NCBI GenBank assembly: GCA_964586235.1
Contig: CAZPIO010000009.1
Location: forward strand, 36,916 to 100,915
Origin: an uncultured Planctomycetales bacterium
Lineage (GTDB): Bacteria > Planctomycetota > Phycisphaerae > UBA1845 > PWPN01
Reading direction: 5' to 3'
DNA: 64,000 nucleotides
Each line of letters begins with the position of its first letter. Within the stretch, counting starts at the first letter, position 1. Both the position numbers and the translations under genes were made by a program. Positions 8,784-18,523 of the stretch are shown one piece after another. Below the pieces are notes generated by a model. It worked only from the letters and a program-made list of their open reading frames with translations. It was not told the DNA's origin and made no database searches.

Positions 8784-11700
8784 ATGATGACAAAACTGAT
8801 GAGCAGGGGTGTTGGCATTCTGGTGATCGGCCTGGTGCTGGCGAGCCAGCGCGCCAACGCGGACGTGATCTGTTGGGAGTTTGCCGTCCATCCCACCCAG
8901 GAACCGATCCCAATGCTCGGGTTCGCATCAGACACGGCATGGCCTGATCCCGGTGAGCCTCCGTATACCCCCTACGGCGGGACGGTCGCGGGCACCGGTC
9001 TCCAGGGTGACGGGACAGCCATCTTCGCGGACGCCACAACCGAGAGCGCCAACTCGGGTTTCGTCTACGGTCTGACCAGCGGCAGCTTCACCATGGACGT
9101 TCGGGTAAGGGTCTTGGAAAGCGTGAACGAAGGCCCCGGCAAGTCAATGACCGTCAAGAACGACGGTAATCAGCGCGGCATCAAGCTGAACACGGACCGC
9201 ATCGCACTAGTCAACGGCGGCGAAGAGGTCGCAGCCGGGAATGTGGACCTGGCAAGCGCCTTCAAGATCCTCCGGTTCTCGGTGAACTCAACCACGGCGG
9301 CTGTTGACCCCAATATCGTCACGTTCTACGCGTGGGACGCGGGCACCTCAACATGGACCTTGGTGGGGAGCACATCGCTGGGCGGGTCCGGCGGCGGGGG
9401 CCAGGTTCCGTTCCCGGGAGTCGGGATCGGAAGCCTCGCCGGCAGCAGCACCCAGAGCGGCAAATTCATCATTGACTGGGCCCGCGTCAATCCCACCGAG
9501 GCGCTGGGCGACACCGTCGGCCCGATGGGGCCGTGCGAGGCAAAGTGTGAATCCACCGTGACACCGGCTGCTGTCCAAACCGACAGCGGCTGGGTCGGCG
9601 GCCTTCCTGCCACGTATGCCAGCATTGACATGGGTTCACCAGATGTCACCAACGGCTTGACTAACGAGAACACCGTGGGCTCCGACGGCGACACCGCGCC
9701 GGTTGTCGTCGCCGGCCGGCCCTGCCGGATGAACGTCGATCCCGCGACGGACGGCTTCATGTACTTCGCGATTGATGACGACGTGGCCTACCAGGGCAGT
9801 CTGCCTGCGGTGACCATTTCGTTTGACTACTTCGACGAGGGCACCGGAGCCTTCGGGCTGACCTATGATGGGCCGGCTTCCGAATGGACCGACGCCGCGG
9901 GCACCGTTCCTCTCAGTGATACAAAAACCTGGAAGCGAGGCAGCTTCACGCTCACCGACGCGTATTTCGGCAACCGCCAGCACGACGGGTCCGATTTCCG
10001 CATCGCCAGGGGCATGAACGTCCATTTCTACATCGACAACGTCTTTGTCTCTCATGCGCCCGGTCCCGAATTCGACTACTCGATAACTAACTCGGGCGCG
10101 GTCGACATCACCTGGGACGTCATTGAAGCCAACGCCGACGGCACGGCCAACGACTACGCCTGGGTAAGTCTGACCAAGACGCCGGGTGTGCTCGCCCCTG
10201 AGGCCACGGCGCCGGTCAAGGCCGCGGTGGATACCGCCACGCTGGCCGCGGGTACGCACACGACGTACCTGAAATTTACCGACACGTGTACGTTCGCGCC
10301 CTACGCCGAGCCGTTCGACTACGCGGATGCTTCCGTTTTGGCCGGCCAGGGAGGCTGGCTCGGGAGCGGCGAGACTTCTCCATTCATCATTCAGACCGCC
10401 CAGCTCCAGCTTAACGGCGGCGCGGAATCCGGTCTGGCGCATTCCGTTTCCCATTCCGTCGGGCTGGCCGTATATGACGGCGTGTTCTCCGTCAAGGTCA
10501 AGGTGAAGACCGGCGGCGCCTCGGCCGGCCGCGAAGCCAACAACTTCTGGAGACTAGCTGCGTTCGACGCGCAGGGGAATCAGCTCGGCTATTGGCAGGG
10601 AACACCCACCACCGTCAGGGCTAGAAATCCGTTGAATGCCAACCAGGCCTCAGATCCTCAGGCGTTGGCCGCCGACTTCAAGATCATGGAGATGAGAAGC
10701 AATACCGCAACCAAGACCACGGAGTACTATTATGACGGCGCCCTGGTGATCAGCTATCCCTTTAACAACACCAGCGGCCTGGCCTCGATCAGTTTTGAAC
10801 GCATCAATGGGGCCGATACCAGTGCCGCCGAGTACGTCTACTTTGATGATGTGGACGTGAGCGCCATCGAGAAGTACCACCTCCGCCAGATCAGCGTAAA
10901 CGTGGTTGACTGCAGCCTGACCGCGGAGCCCAGGGTTGCCTCGGCGAGCGGGTGCACCGGCACCACAACCCGCAGCTTCGCCCTCATCAATAACGGCGTG
11001 AGCAACCTCACCGAGTTGGCTGTCGAGCAGATCACGAGTGGCGGTGAACCGACCACCTACCCGTGGCTGTCGCTGTCGGTGCCCAGTGCGACCCTCGCAC
11101 CGGGCGAGTCCGCCGAGGTGGTGGCCACCATCGACTGGAACTACGTCAGCATGACCGAGGTCGCTTCACTCCGGTTCAAGGCCACTTGCGGCGGCGCCGA
11201 AATCAGGGACAGCCTCGTCGGCGCCCTGACCGTCACGAAGATGGTTGTGCCTCCCGATCCGGTGATCCTGAGATACAACGGCGATGTGGACCCCCTGGCT
11301 GCGAACTCCGCCGGGCCGGGCTACAACTTCAGCGTCTTTGAGGGTGTTCAGCAAGGAGGCATTGTCGCTGATCCTGATGCGGTCGACGGCTTTGCCTATG
11401 AGATCGACGATGTCTCCACCGCGAAGACGAAGTTCATCAGCGAGCCCCCGGCGGCTTTTGCAGACGGTGCCACCCTGGTCGTTCGCATGAAGAAGCTCGG
11501 CGGCGGCACCTACGACGGCGGTCGTTACGGCAACATCTGGATCCACGCCCCCAACATCGCCACTGAGATCTTCTGGGGAGGGCCGAGTGGCCAGCTTGGC
11601 GACAGGGACCGCGGAATCTGGACCACCCTGACCGCGAGCCAGGGCGCGGATGAAAGCTATCATACCATCCGGGTCACGGCCCAGGACACGGGCGGTTCAA

Positions 11701-12215
11701 CGGGTATCGTCATCAACGTGTATTTTGACGAGAACCCGGTGCCGGTGCTGTCGATCACCAACGCAGAGCCACGCGACCCTCAGGCCGGGTCGCAGGACGG
11801 CTTCGGCTTCGGCACACAAGGCACGGGTAACACCGAGCACGTCTACTTTGATTGCCTGGTTGCTACCACGGCCGGGGCGTTCCCGCCCGACCAGGACATG
11901 GGCTGTCTTGGTGAATCCCTGACCTGCACGGATTCCTGTCACAAACCGTTCGCCGACGTGGACGAAGACACGGATGTGGACCAGGCCGACTTCGCGGTCT
12001 TCCAGCTCTGCTACACGGGCGCGGGTGCGACCTCGATCCCCGGCCCGCCGGATTACCCGGCCTACTGCGTGTGCCTGAATCGGGGCGATGACGACAACGA
12101 CGGAGAACCGAACAACGATACCGACATCGATTCGTTCGACCTGACCGCATTCGAGAACTGCGCAAGCGGACCGGGCGTTCCGGCGAACCCGGACTGCCTC
12201 TCATCGGGAGGCTGA
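8784..12215 (+). CDS. secreted multidomain protein with lectin-like modules, X module and dockerin-like tail
   Basis: ATG 8784 with GGAGGA (8772-8777) 6 nt upstream. Signal peptide MMTKLMSRGVGILVIGLVLASQRANA. X module at 9624-10052 (IDMGSPDV...FMYFAIDDDVAYQG...FDYFDEG...TWKRGSFTLTDAYFGNRQHDGSDFR...FYIDNVFVS). Dockerin-like tail at 11955-12212. Confidence 0.85.
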   Translation: MMTKLMSRGVGILVIGLVLASQRANADVICWEFAVHPTQEPIPMLGFASDTAWPDPGEPPYTPYGGTVAGTGLQGDGTAIFADATTESANSGFVYGLTSGSFTMDVRVRVLESVNEGPGKSMTVKNDGNQRGIKLNTDRIALVNGGEEVAAGNVDLASAFKILRFSVNSTTAAVDPNIVTFYAWDAGTSTWTLVGSTSLGGSGGGGQVPFPGVGIGSLAGSSTQSGKFIIDWARVNPTEALGDTVGPMGPCEAKCESTVTPAAVQTDSGWVGGLPATYASIDMGSPDVTNGLTNENTVGSDGDTAPVVVAGRPCRMNVDPATDGFMYFAIDDDVAYQGSLPAVTISFDYFDEGTGAFGLTYDGPASEWTDAAGTVPLSDTKTWKRGSFTLTDAYFGNRQHDGSDFRIARGMNVHFYIDNVFVSHAPGPEFDYSITNSGAVDITWDVIEANADGTANDYAWVSLTKTPGVLAPEATAPVKAAVDTATLAAGTHTTYLKFTDTCTFAPYAEPFDYADASVLAGQGGWLGSGETSPFIIQTAQLQLNGGAESGLAHSVSHSVGLAVYDGVFSVKVKVKTGGASAGREANNFWRLAAFDAQGNQLGYWQGTPTTVRARNPLNANQASDPQALAADFKIMEMRSNTATKTTEYYYDGALVISYPFNNTSGLASISFERINGADTSAAEYVYFDDVDVSAIEKYHLRQISVNVVDCSLTAEPRVASASGCTGTTTRSFALINNGVSNLTELAVEQITSGGEPTTYPWLSLSVPSATLAPGESAEVVATIDWNYVSMTEVASLRFKATCGGAEIRDSLVGALTVTKMVVPPDPVILRYNGDVDPLAANSAGPGYNFSVFEGVQQGGIVADPDAVDGFAYEIDDVSTAKTKFISEPPAAFADGATLVVRMKKLGGGTYDGGRYGNIWIHAPNIATEIFWGGPSGQLGDRDRGIWTTLTASQGADESYHTIRVTAQDTGGSTGIVINVYFDENPVPVLSITNAEPRDPQAGSQDGFGFGTQGTGNTEHVYFDCLVATTAGAFPPDQDMGCLGESLTCTDSCHKPFADVDEDTDVDQADFAVFQLCYTGAGATSIPGPPDYPAYCVCLNRGDDDNDGEPNNDTDIDSFDLTAFENCASGPGVPANPDCLSSGG

Positions 12216-12395
12216 GCCCGCAGGCGTCGGAGCAACAATCGAGGGATGTGGCGAGTATGTGTCCGCCCGACCCGCGAAAAGAACGAAGGGCAGCCCCCGG
12301 TCAAACCGGGTAAGGCATGGTTCACTCGTCCGTGCAACGGCGAATGATTGAAAACGTGCACGCCAGGATGAACCTGCCTGCCGATTCTCCTCCTT

Positions 12396-12427
12396 CCCCG
12401 GCTTCGTGACGGCCGGGGCTGCCTTTT
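12396..12427 (+). terminator. candidate intrinsic terminator after the 8784..12215 gene
   Basis: A 7-bp stem CCCCGGC (12396-12402) pairs with GCCGGGG (12412-12418) around a 9-nt loop. It is followed by CTGCCTTTTCGCTT. The T-run is short and offset, so support is modest. Confidence 0.4.
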
Positions 12428-12712
12428 CGCTTGCGAGGGCGAGAACACGAGACAGCGGGTGCGACACAGGCTTGAGGCTTTGTCTCGCCCGCTGTCTGTC
12501 GGGCGGGGTCTGCTCGGCGCTGCGCGCCTGTCCCCATTTTCGCGGGCTCAGGCCCTCTGGAGTGCCACGGACCCCGGGTTTGCGCGGTGAAGGTGCACGA
12601 GGGCAGATCAGCCGCCCGCCGCTCCGCCGGCGTGCAGCCGCCGGGAAGGCCACGCTGAGGCGCAGTCCAGATCCGCCGGGCGGGGACAAGTGGGTCGTTG
12701 GACGGTAGCGAT

Positions 12713-14914
12713 ATGAAGGGACGAGGACCCGGCGCAGAGCCGGATTCATCTGGTGTGCTGCGTATGTCCGCGGTTCTCGCGGCATGGGTGATCTTGCTGC
12801 CCACGTCGGCTTGGGTGGGCAACAGCGCCCGGGGAGCGCCTGCCCCGACCATCACCTGGCCGGCCGCGGGGGCGACGTTGGGCTCCGACCGGCCCGACAT
12901 TACCTGGACCAGCGTGCCCATCACCGGCTATGAAGTCCACATCGGTCCGTTTAATGATCCGTCCTATCACCCTTCTCCAACAGACGGCTGGGACTCGGGA
13001 GAGGTAAGCCTGTCCGTGTCCACCAACACCGCCATGTCCGGACCTCTGGCGACCCAGCGGTGGTACTATGTGTTCGCTCGCCTCCGCGACAACGGCGGCT
13101 GGGGGCCCTGGAGTTCACTCGGCCGGAGCTTCTATGTCGCCGGGTGGTTGATCGACGATCCCTCCCCAATCGCCGATCCCGTCGGCTTCCAGTGGCCGCA
13201 TTGCATCTGCTATAACCCGGATCTCAAGGAATATCTGCTGGCCTTTGCCGACCGCCAGCCCAATGTGCAGTCCAGGATCTCGTACTACCTGCTCAACGGC
13301 GACGGGAGCAAGAAAACCGCCACGCTCACCATCACCGACGACGACCATCTCGATGGTGTTCATGAAGCGGGCGTGGTCTACAACAGCCTTCTGAAGCACT
13401 ACTTCCTGGTTTACACCGGGTGGAGGAACGACAATACCCCGCAGTTACGAGATCAACTTCGCGGTCAGCGCGTCCAGCCCGCGACCGGGGCCCCGATCGG
13501 GTCCAGCTATCTGCTCTATGAGAGGGGGGACCTGACCGCCATGGCCGAGCACCGGGTGAGCTACTCGCCGCAGAGCGATGCCTACCTGGTTGTCTGGAAG
13601 CACACCGAGGCGGGCTTCAACATCTGGGCCCTTCGCGTGGATGCGGCAACGGGCCTGGCTGACGGGATCCTCGACCTCACCGCCGCTGAAACCCGATATA
13701 CCGCCTTTCCCGCCGTTGCGTGGAACTCGGCCGACGATGAGTTCCTGGTGACCTTCCAGGTCGATGCCTCCTGCAGTCAAGAGGATCCGACGATCTGTCA
13801 GAGGGACCCCAACTGCGACTGCCTGACCAACACCTGGTGCATCGAGCACGGATGCCCCAATAACGGATGGGACTACTACGGCCAGCGGGTTTCGGCCCAG
13901 AACGGAATGCTGCTTGCGATTGGCGGCAATATACCGCTGGCGACCACCTCCGCTTGGGAATACGACGGTGACATCGTCTATGACAGCGATCTGCACCGGT
14001 ACCTGATGGTCTACGTGGGCGGCTCCGGCGCGACGACCATCTCGGGACAGTTCATTGCCGCGGATGGGACCCCGTCGGGCAGCCGGTTCCCCGTGCTCAG
14101 CTCGCCCTCGAGCGGCGTAGCGGTCAACCTGGGTCAGCTTCCCAGCACCCGCGAGTACGTGGCCGCATGGCAGGATTGCTGCACCACACGCAACTACGCC
14201 CGCAGGATTTCCCAGGTTGGAGCACTTATCGGCGAGCCGTTCAAGACTACCGGGACAATCATTGCCGATGACGACGATGTGCGCTACGGCGGTGGCAACT
14301 GGAAACCGCTTCCCACACCCAACCCATTCACCGACGAGTTCCTGTTCTCCTGGTACTGTAACCGTGATGATGTTTACGTCCGTCGCTACAAGACCTATCC
14401 AAGCCTGGACGTGACCGCCCCCGCCCCGGTGACGAGCTTCACGGCCGTGCCTCAGCATCGCCAGATCAGCTTGAGCTGGACCAATCCCGACACGGCGGAT
14501 TTTCTGGGCACGCTGATCCGCTGCAAGACCGACGGCGTCCCCGCGGACGCGCACGACGGCCTGCCGCTGGTGATCAAGCCGAACACCCCCGGCTCCAGTG
14601 ACAGCTATGTGCATACCGGGCTGGACCGGGCCACGACGTACTACTACGCTGCGTTTTCCTATGACGGCGTGCCCAATCACGGGAGCAACGTGGGCGAGAT
14701 TGCTCGGCCCGCGGCCCCTGCCGACTTCGATCTCGACGGGGACGTGGATCAGGTTGACTTTGGCCTCTTCCAGGGATGCTATTCCGGCTCGGGGGTTGGC
14801 TGCGACCCAGGATGCCGGGAAGCCGATCTGGATTCAGACGGTGATGTGGATCAGGCGGACTTCAGCACATTTCAGCCGTGCATGGGCGGGGCGAATCAGT
14901 CGCCCGGGTGCTGA
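12713..14914 (+). CDS. secreted protein: Fn3-like WDS module, repeat (propeller-like) core, Fn3, dockerin-like tail
   Basis: Track ORF 12698..14914. The ATG at 12713 or 12764 precedes the hydrophobic MSAVLAAWVILLPTSAWVG. The core contains recurring strand motifs (YLLAF, YFLVY, YLVVW, FLVTF, YLMVY, YVAAW, FLFSW). Fn3 at ~14417-14722 (ISLSWTNP...YYYAAFSYD). Tail at 14723-14911. Confidence 0.8.
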   Translation: MKGRGPGAEPDSSGVLRMSAVLAAWVILLPTSAWVGNSARGAPAPTITWPAAGATLGSDRPDITWTSVPITGYEVHIGPFNDPSYHPSPTDGWDSGEVSLSVSTNTAMSGPLATQRWYYVFARLRDNGGWGPWSSLGRSFYVAGWLIDDPSPIADPVGFQWPHCICYNPDLKEYLLAFADRQPNVQSRISYYLLNGDGSKKTATLTITDDDHLDGVHEAGVVYNSLLKHYFLVYTGWRNDNTPQLRDQLRGQRVQPATGAPIGSSYLLYERGDLTAMAEHRVSYSPQSDAYLVVWKHTEAGFNIWALRVDAATGLADGILDLTAAETRYTAFPAVAWNSADDEFLVTFQVDASCSQEDPTICQRDPNCDCLTNTWCIEHGCPNNGWDYYGQRVSAQNGMLLAIGGNIPLATTSAWEYDGDIVYDSDLHRYLMVYVGGSGATTISGQFIAADGTPSGSRFPVLSSPSSGVAVNLGQLPSTREYVAAWQDCCTTRNYARRISQVGALIGEPFKTTGTIIADDDDVRYGGGNWKPLPTPNPFTDEFLFSWYCNRDDVYVRRYKTYPSLDVTAPAPVTSFTAVPQHRQISLSWTNPDTADFLGTLIRCKTDGVPADAHDGLPLVIKPNTPGSSDSYVHTGLDRATTYYYAAFSYDGVPNHGSNVGEIARPAAPADFDLDGDVDQVDFGLFQGCYSGSGVGCDPGCREADLDSDGDVDQADFSTFQPCMGGANQSPGC

Positions 14915-15059
14915 CCGGTGGAAACGGAGGGATGGCGAAGTATGCCTGCGAAATCTGACGAGGCAATCGCCTTGAAAGCCGCGGGAGGGAGGGGAGCCCC
15001 TGTACCAATGCCCCCCAACGACCGGATGTAGTGCAAGGAGAGCATGAAGGAGGCCTGAA

Positions 15060-18000
15060 GTGCGGATCTCTGCCCTTCGGCGTGGCCAACGAGTGATGTT
15101 GGGGGCGATGGCCCTGGTGGTGACCTTGACGGGATCCGCCCCGTTGCAGGCGGTGGGCATCCATCCATCCGGGCGGTACTACACCGATACGGCCGGGAAT
15201 CCTGTATTCCTGATCGGCTACTATGGCTGGGCCGCGGTGCCCGCCGGCTATTTCATCGACCACCCATCCCAGTACGCCGACATGATCACCCGCGGGGCAC
15301 CCTACGGGATCAACTACAGCCGCATCAGCCTGGGCGTCAACCGCTTCACCAGCACGACCAATCCGCCGGTGTATTATGGCTCGCCGACGCCGGTCCCCTT
15401 TCTGTACGTCAATGGCAAGGCTGATCTCAGCCAGTGGGACCCGGTGTTCTGGAACGGCCTGAAGGCCCAGTGCGACCTGGCCCGGGCCAACGGCGTGATC
15501 GTCCACATCGCTTTTTTTGACGGCGTGGAGTTGCGGAGTCAGGGGGGCGCGGCCTACGGCTACAACAACTCGTTCTGGAATCCGAGCAACCACACGTCAT
15601 CCTTCTACCCCACAGGCGACTATTCGGACTGGCCCGGCGCTTTCTATAGACTCAATGAGTTCAACAGCAACACCGGCATCGGCTACTACCAGAGACGCGT
15701 GATCGACAAGACCCTGGCCGAGACCTTCGGCTACGACAACGTCTTCTACGAGGTAGGTAACGAACTGCTCAGCGCCGATCAGAACTGGTACACCGCTGTG
15801 GTCAGTTACGCCCGGTCGCAGACGAACAAACCGGTCACGCAGTGCAGCCATGCATTCAGGGCTGGCGGCATCCAGGGTTACGCCGACCACGTCGGCGACA
15901 CCGCGGCCGAGGTGAAGAGCCACATTGCCGGCTTCGTGGCCACCGCCAACGGTCAGTACCCGACCTGGATCGACCCCGACGGCCCGGCCCTGAGCAACGC
16001 CGATATCCCCGCCAACGAGCTGCGCGCCGCCGCCTGGTACTCATTCACTGGCGGGGCCGCATGCTGGGGCGGATTCACGGTGGATTACTGGCTCGGGGGA
16101 CGGGGCTTCTGGCCGGACACGGTGAACGCCTACAAGCACTTGCAGGACTTCCTCAAGCAGTTGAACGTCCAGTTTGCCCAGATGGTGCCCCACCCTGAAC
16201 TGGTCAGCAACAGCAGCGCCAACTCCTGTCTGGCGTACGTTGGGCACGAATACGTGGCTTACGTTCGCAGCGACGCCGGCGTGACGGTGGACCTGACCGG
16301 CTTGTCGGGCTCGCTGCCGTACTACCTCTACGACCCGAAGAACGACGTGTACAGCAGCCGGCAGACCGTGAGCGGCGGCGGCCAGCGGGTGTTTGCCCGG
16401 CCGGACGGGGCCGCGGACTGGGTCGTGTATATCGGCACGGGCGAGCTGTCGGAGTGCCCTCCGATCAGTCCACCGAGCCCGCTTGGGGCTCAGCAGACCC
16501 TCGGGGACGGCATCGAGCCCGGCATCGCCACCGACGCCCAGGGCAGTATTCACGTCGTCTATATGAACAACGGGACAATCTGGTACCGTCAAGGCGATCC
16601 CGACGCCGTCTTCGACGCCCCTGAACTGATCCCCTCTCCGACAACGGGTCCGGCCCAGTTCAACGCCCCTCATGTAGTCTGCGACGGCAGCAATACCCCC
16701 CACGTGGTCTTCTCGGACGCCTTCTATCCGACCCCGGGGAACTGCTGGTACACCAATCGCATCGGTGGGAGTTGGAAGGCTCCGGTGTCGGCATTCCCCG
16801 GCGTGATCGTCATGTACCCGCGCCTGGCCTTGTGCGGCTCGTATGCCTTCGTAGCAGCCTCGACCGGGACCCCCGAGGGCACCATCGCACGCCTTTCGAA
16901 TCTTGGCGGCACGCCTCATGTAGACCTCACAACCGGCACTTACCTGTTGGCCCCCTACCCGGTCGTCAACTGTGCTGCCAGCCGTCTGTTTGTCGTCGGC
17001 CGCAATTCCGGCAACGGGCACTACCTCCAGGAATACAATTTCAATCTCGCAACGGTCAGCAGCGGCCAGAAGATGACCAATGGCACGCCCAACAAGACCG
17101 CCGAGCCCACTGCCGCGATCATCGACAGCTCCAATGTCGTGCACGCCATCGGCAATTGCGGGGCAACGGGCATTGACCCCGAGACGAACAGCGAACTGTG
17201 GTACAACAACACCCAGCGCATGGGCCTGGGCGAAAACGCCGTCCTCGGTCTCGCCGGTGTGCCCGGGTCCGGCTGGTGGGGTGACAACGTTTATCCCCAC
17301 ATGGTCATGGACATCAACGGCAAGATCTGGCTTGGCTTCCGGGACATCACCACGGGCGAGGGCAAAATCAGCTCCGTCAGCGACGCCGGTTTCACCGAAC
17401 CGATCGTGTTCACCCCGGTTATCACCGACCCTAACAACCCCATCCGGCGGCGGTGGAACTGCCAGGTCGCGCCCGCGCCTACAGGCGGCGTCTATGTCAC
17501 CTGGGATTACGGCAACCAGTGCTACTTCCGGCCGGCCGGGGTGTTCTCACTCTGCGATCTGGCGGTCTCGTTCGACCTCGGCTCTCCCGATGTGGCGAAC
17601 TGCATGACCCATCCGCAGGGCGGCGACGGCGACACGACGCCCGATACCATCGGCGGCCGAAGCTGCCGGCGCAACATCGATCCGAGCCCCCCGCCGGCGC
17701 CCGGCGCTGACTACTACTTCTATTTCACCGTCTGCGACGGGTTTGCCTACCAGGGCAACAGGCCGGAACTCTACATCGCACTCGATTACTACGACTCCAG
17801 CGGTGGGTCGATTTCGCTCGATTACGACTCGAACACGGGCAACGATATTCCGGCCATCTATAAGAACGGCGGCAGCATTACCTTGACCGGCTCGAACACG
17901 TGGAAGAACGCGGTGTTCCACGTCACCGACGCGTATTTCGGCAACCGCCAGAACGGCGGGGCCGACTTCCGCTTCGGCAACGTGGGGAACTGGTTCTACC

Positions 18001-18500
18001 TGGACAACGTGCGGGTTTCAGTCCAGCAGCCGCTGCCACCGGTCATCGCCGAAGTAACGCCGGACCTGCAGACCGCCTATCCAGGGGTCGCATACTCTCA
18101 ACAACTGGCGTTGACCCAGAACTGCCCGAAATCAACCTGGTCGATGGTCCAGGGCCCGCCGGGAATGTACGTCTGCCAGAGCAATGACCGCGTCCTCGGC
18201 TGGACCCCTGCTCCGAGCGACCTGGGCGATCACACCATCGTGGTCCAGGCCTGCAACCCGATCGGCTGCGATACGGTAAGCTGGATCGTACGGGTGCTTT
18301 CCAGCAGGGATTTTGACCTGGACGGCGACGTCGACCAGGAGGACTTCGGCTTCTTCCAGGGCTGCCTCTCGGGCAGCGGTGCCGGCTATACCTCGGGCTG
18401 TGCTCCCGCAGACCTGGAATCGGACGGCGATGTCGATCAGGCTGACTTCAGCCTGTTCTGGCCCTGCATGGCCGGTTCAGAGGGCTTGCCGGGCTGTTGA
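15060..18500 (+). CDS. secreted putative clan GH-A-like glycoside hydrolase with beta-propeller-like middle, X module, Ig-like domain and dockerin-like tail
   Basis: GTG 15060 with GAAGGAGG (15046-15053) 6 nt upstream. Signal peptide ...MLGAMALVVTLTGSAPLQA. The TIM-barrel-type motif VFYEVGNELL supplies an acid/base-like NE. X module 17571-18020, Ig-like domain 18021-18308, tail 18309-18497. Confidence 0.85.
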   Translation: MRISALRRGQRVMLGAMALVVTLTGSAPLQAVGIHPSGRYYTDTAGNPVFLIGYYGWAAVPAGYFIDHPSQYADMITRGAPYGINYSRISLGVNRFTSTTNPPVYYGSPTPVPFLYVNGKADLSQWDPVFWNGLKAQCDLARANGVIVHIAFFDGVELRSQGGAAYGYNNSFWNPSNHTSSFYPTGDYSDWPGAFYRLNEFNSNTGIGYYQRRVIDKTLAETFGYDNVFYEVGNELLSADQNWYTAVVSYARSQTNKPVTQCSHAFRAGGIQGYADHVGDTAAEVKSHIAGFVATANGQYPTWIDPDGPALSNADIPANELRAAAWYSFTGGAACWGGFTVDYWLGGRGFWPDTVNAYKHLQDFLKQLNVQFAQMVPHPELVSNSSANSCLAYVGHEYVAYVRSDAGVTVDLTGLSGSLPYYLYDPKNDVYSSRQTVSGGGQRVFARPDGAADWVVYIGTGELSECPPISPPSPLGAQQTLGDGIEPGIATDAQGSIHVVYMNNGTIWYRQGDPDAVFDAPELIPSPTTGPAQFNAPHVVCDGSNTPHVVFSDAFYPTPGNCWYTNRIGGSWKAPVSAFPGVIVMYPRLALCGSYAFVAASTGTPEGTIARLSNLGGTPHVDLTTGTYLLAPYPVVNCAASRLFVVGRNSGNGHYLQEYNFNLATVSSGQKMTNGTPNKTAEPTAAIIDSSNVVHAIGNCGATGIDPETNSELWYNNTQRMGLGENAVLGLAGVPGSGWWGDNVYPHMVMDINGKIWLGFRDITTGEGKISSVSDAGFTEPIVFTPVITDPNNPIRRRWNCQVAPAPTGGVYVTWDYGNQCYFRPAGVFSLCDLAVSFDLGSPDVANCMTHPQGGDGDTTPDTIGGRSCRRNIDPSPPPAPGADYYFYFTVCDGFAYQGNRPELYIALDYYDSSGGSISLDYDSNTGNDIPAIYKNGGSITLTGSNTWKNAVFHVTDAYFGNRQNGGADFRFGNVGNWFYLDNVRVSVQQPLPPVIAEVTPDLQTAYPGVAYSQQLALTQNCPKSTWSMVQGPPGMYVCQSNDRVLGWTPAPSDLGDHTIVVQACNPIGCDTVSWIVRVLSSRDFDLDGDVDQEDFGFFQGCLSGSGAGYTSGCAPADLESDGDVDQADFSLFWPCMAGSEGLPGC

Positions 18501-18523
18501 GTAACGTCGATAAGGAGTTGCGA

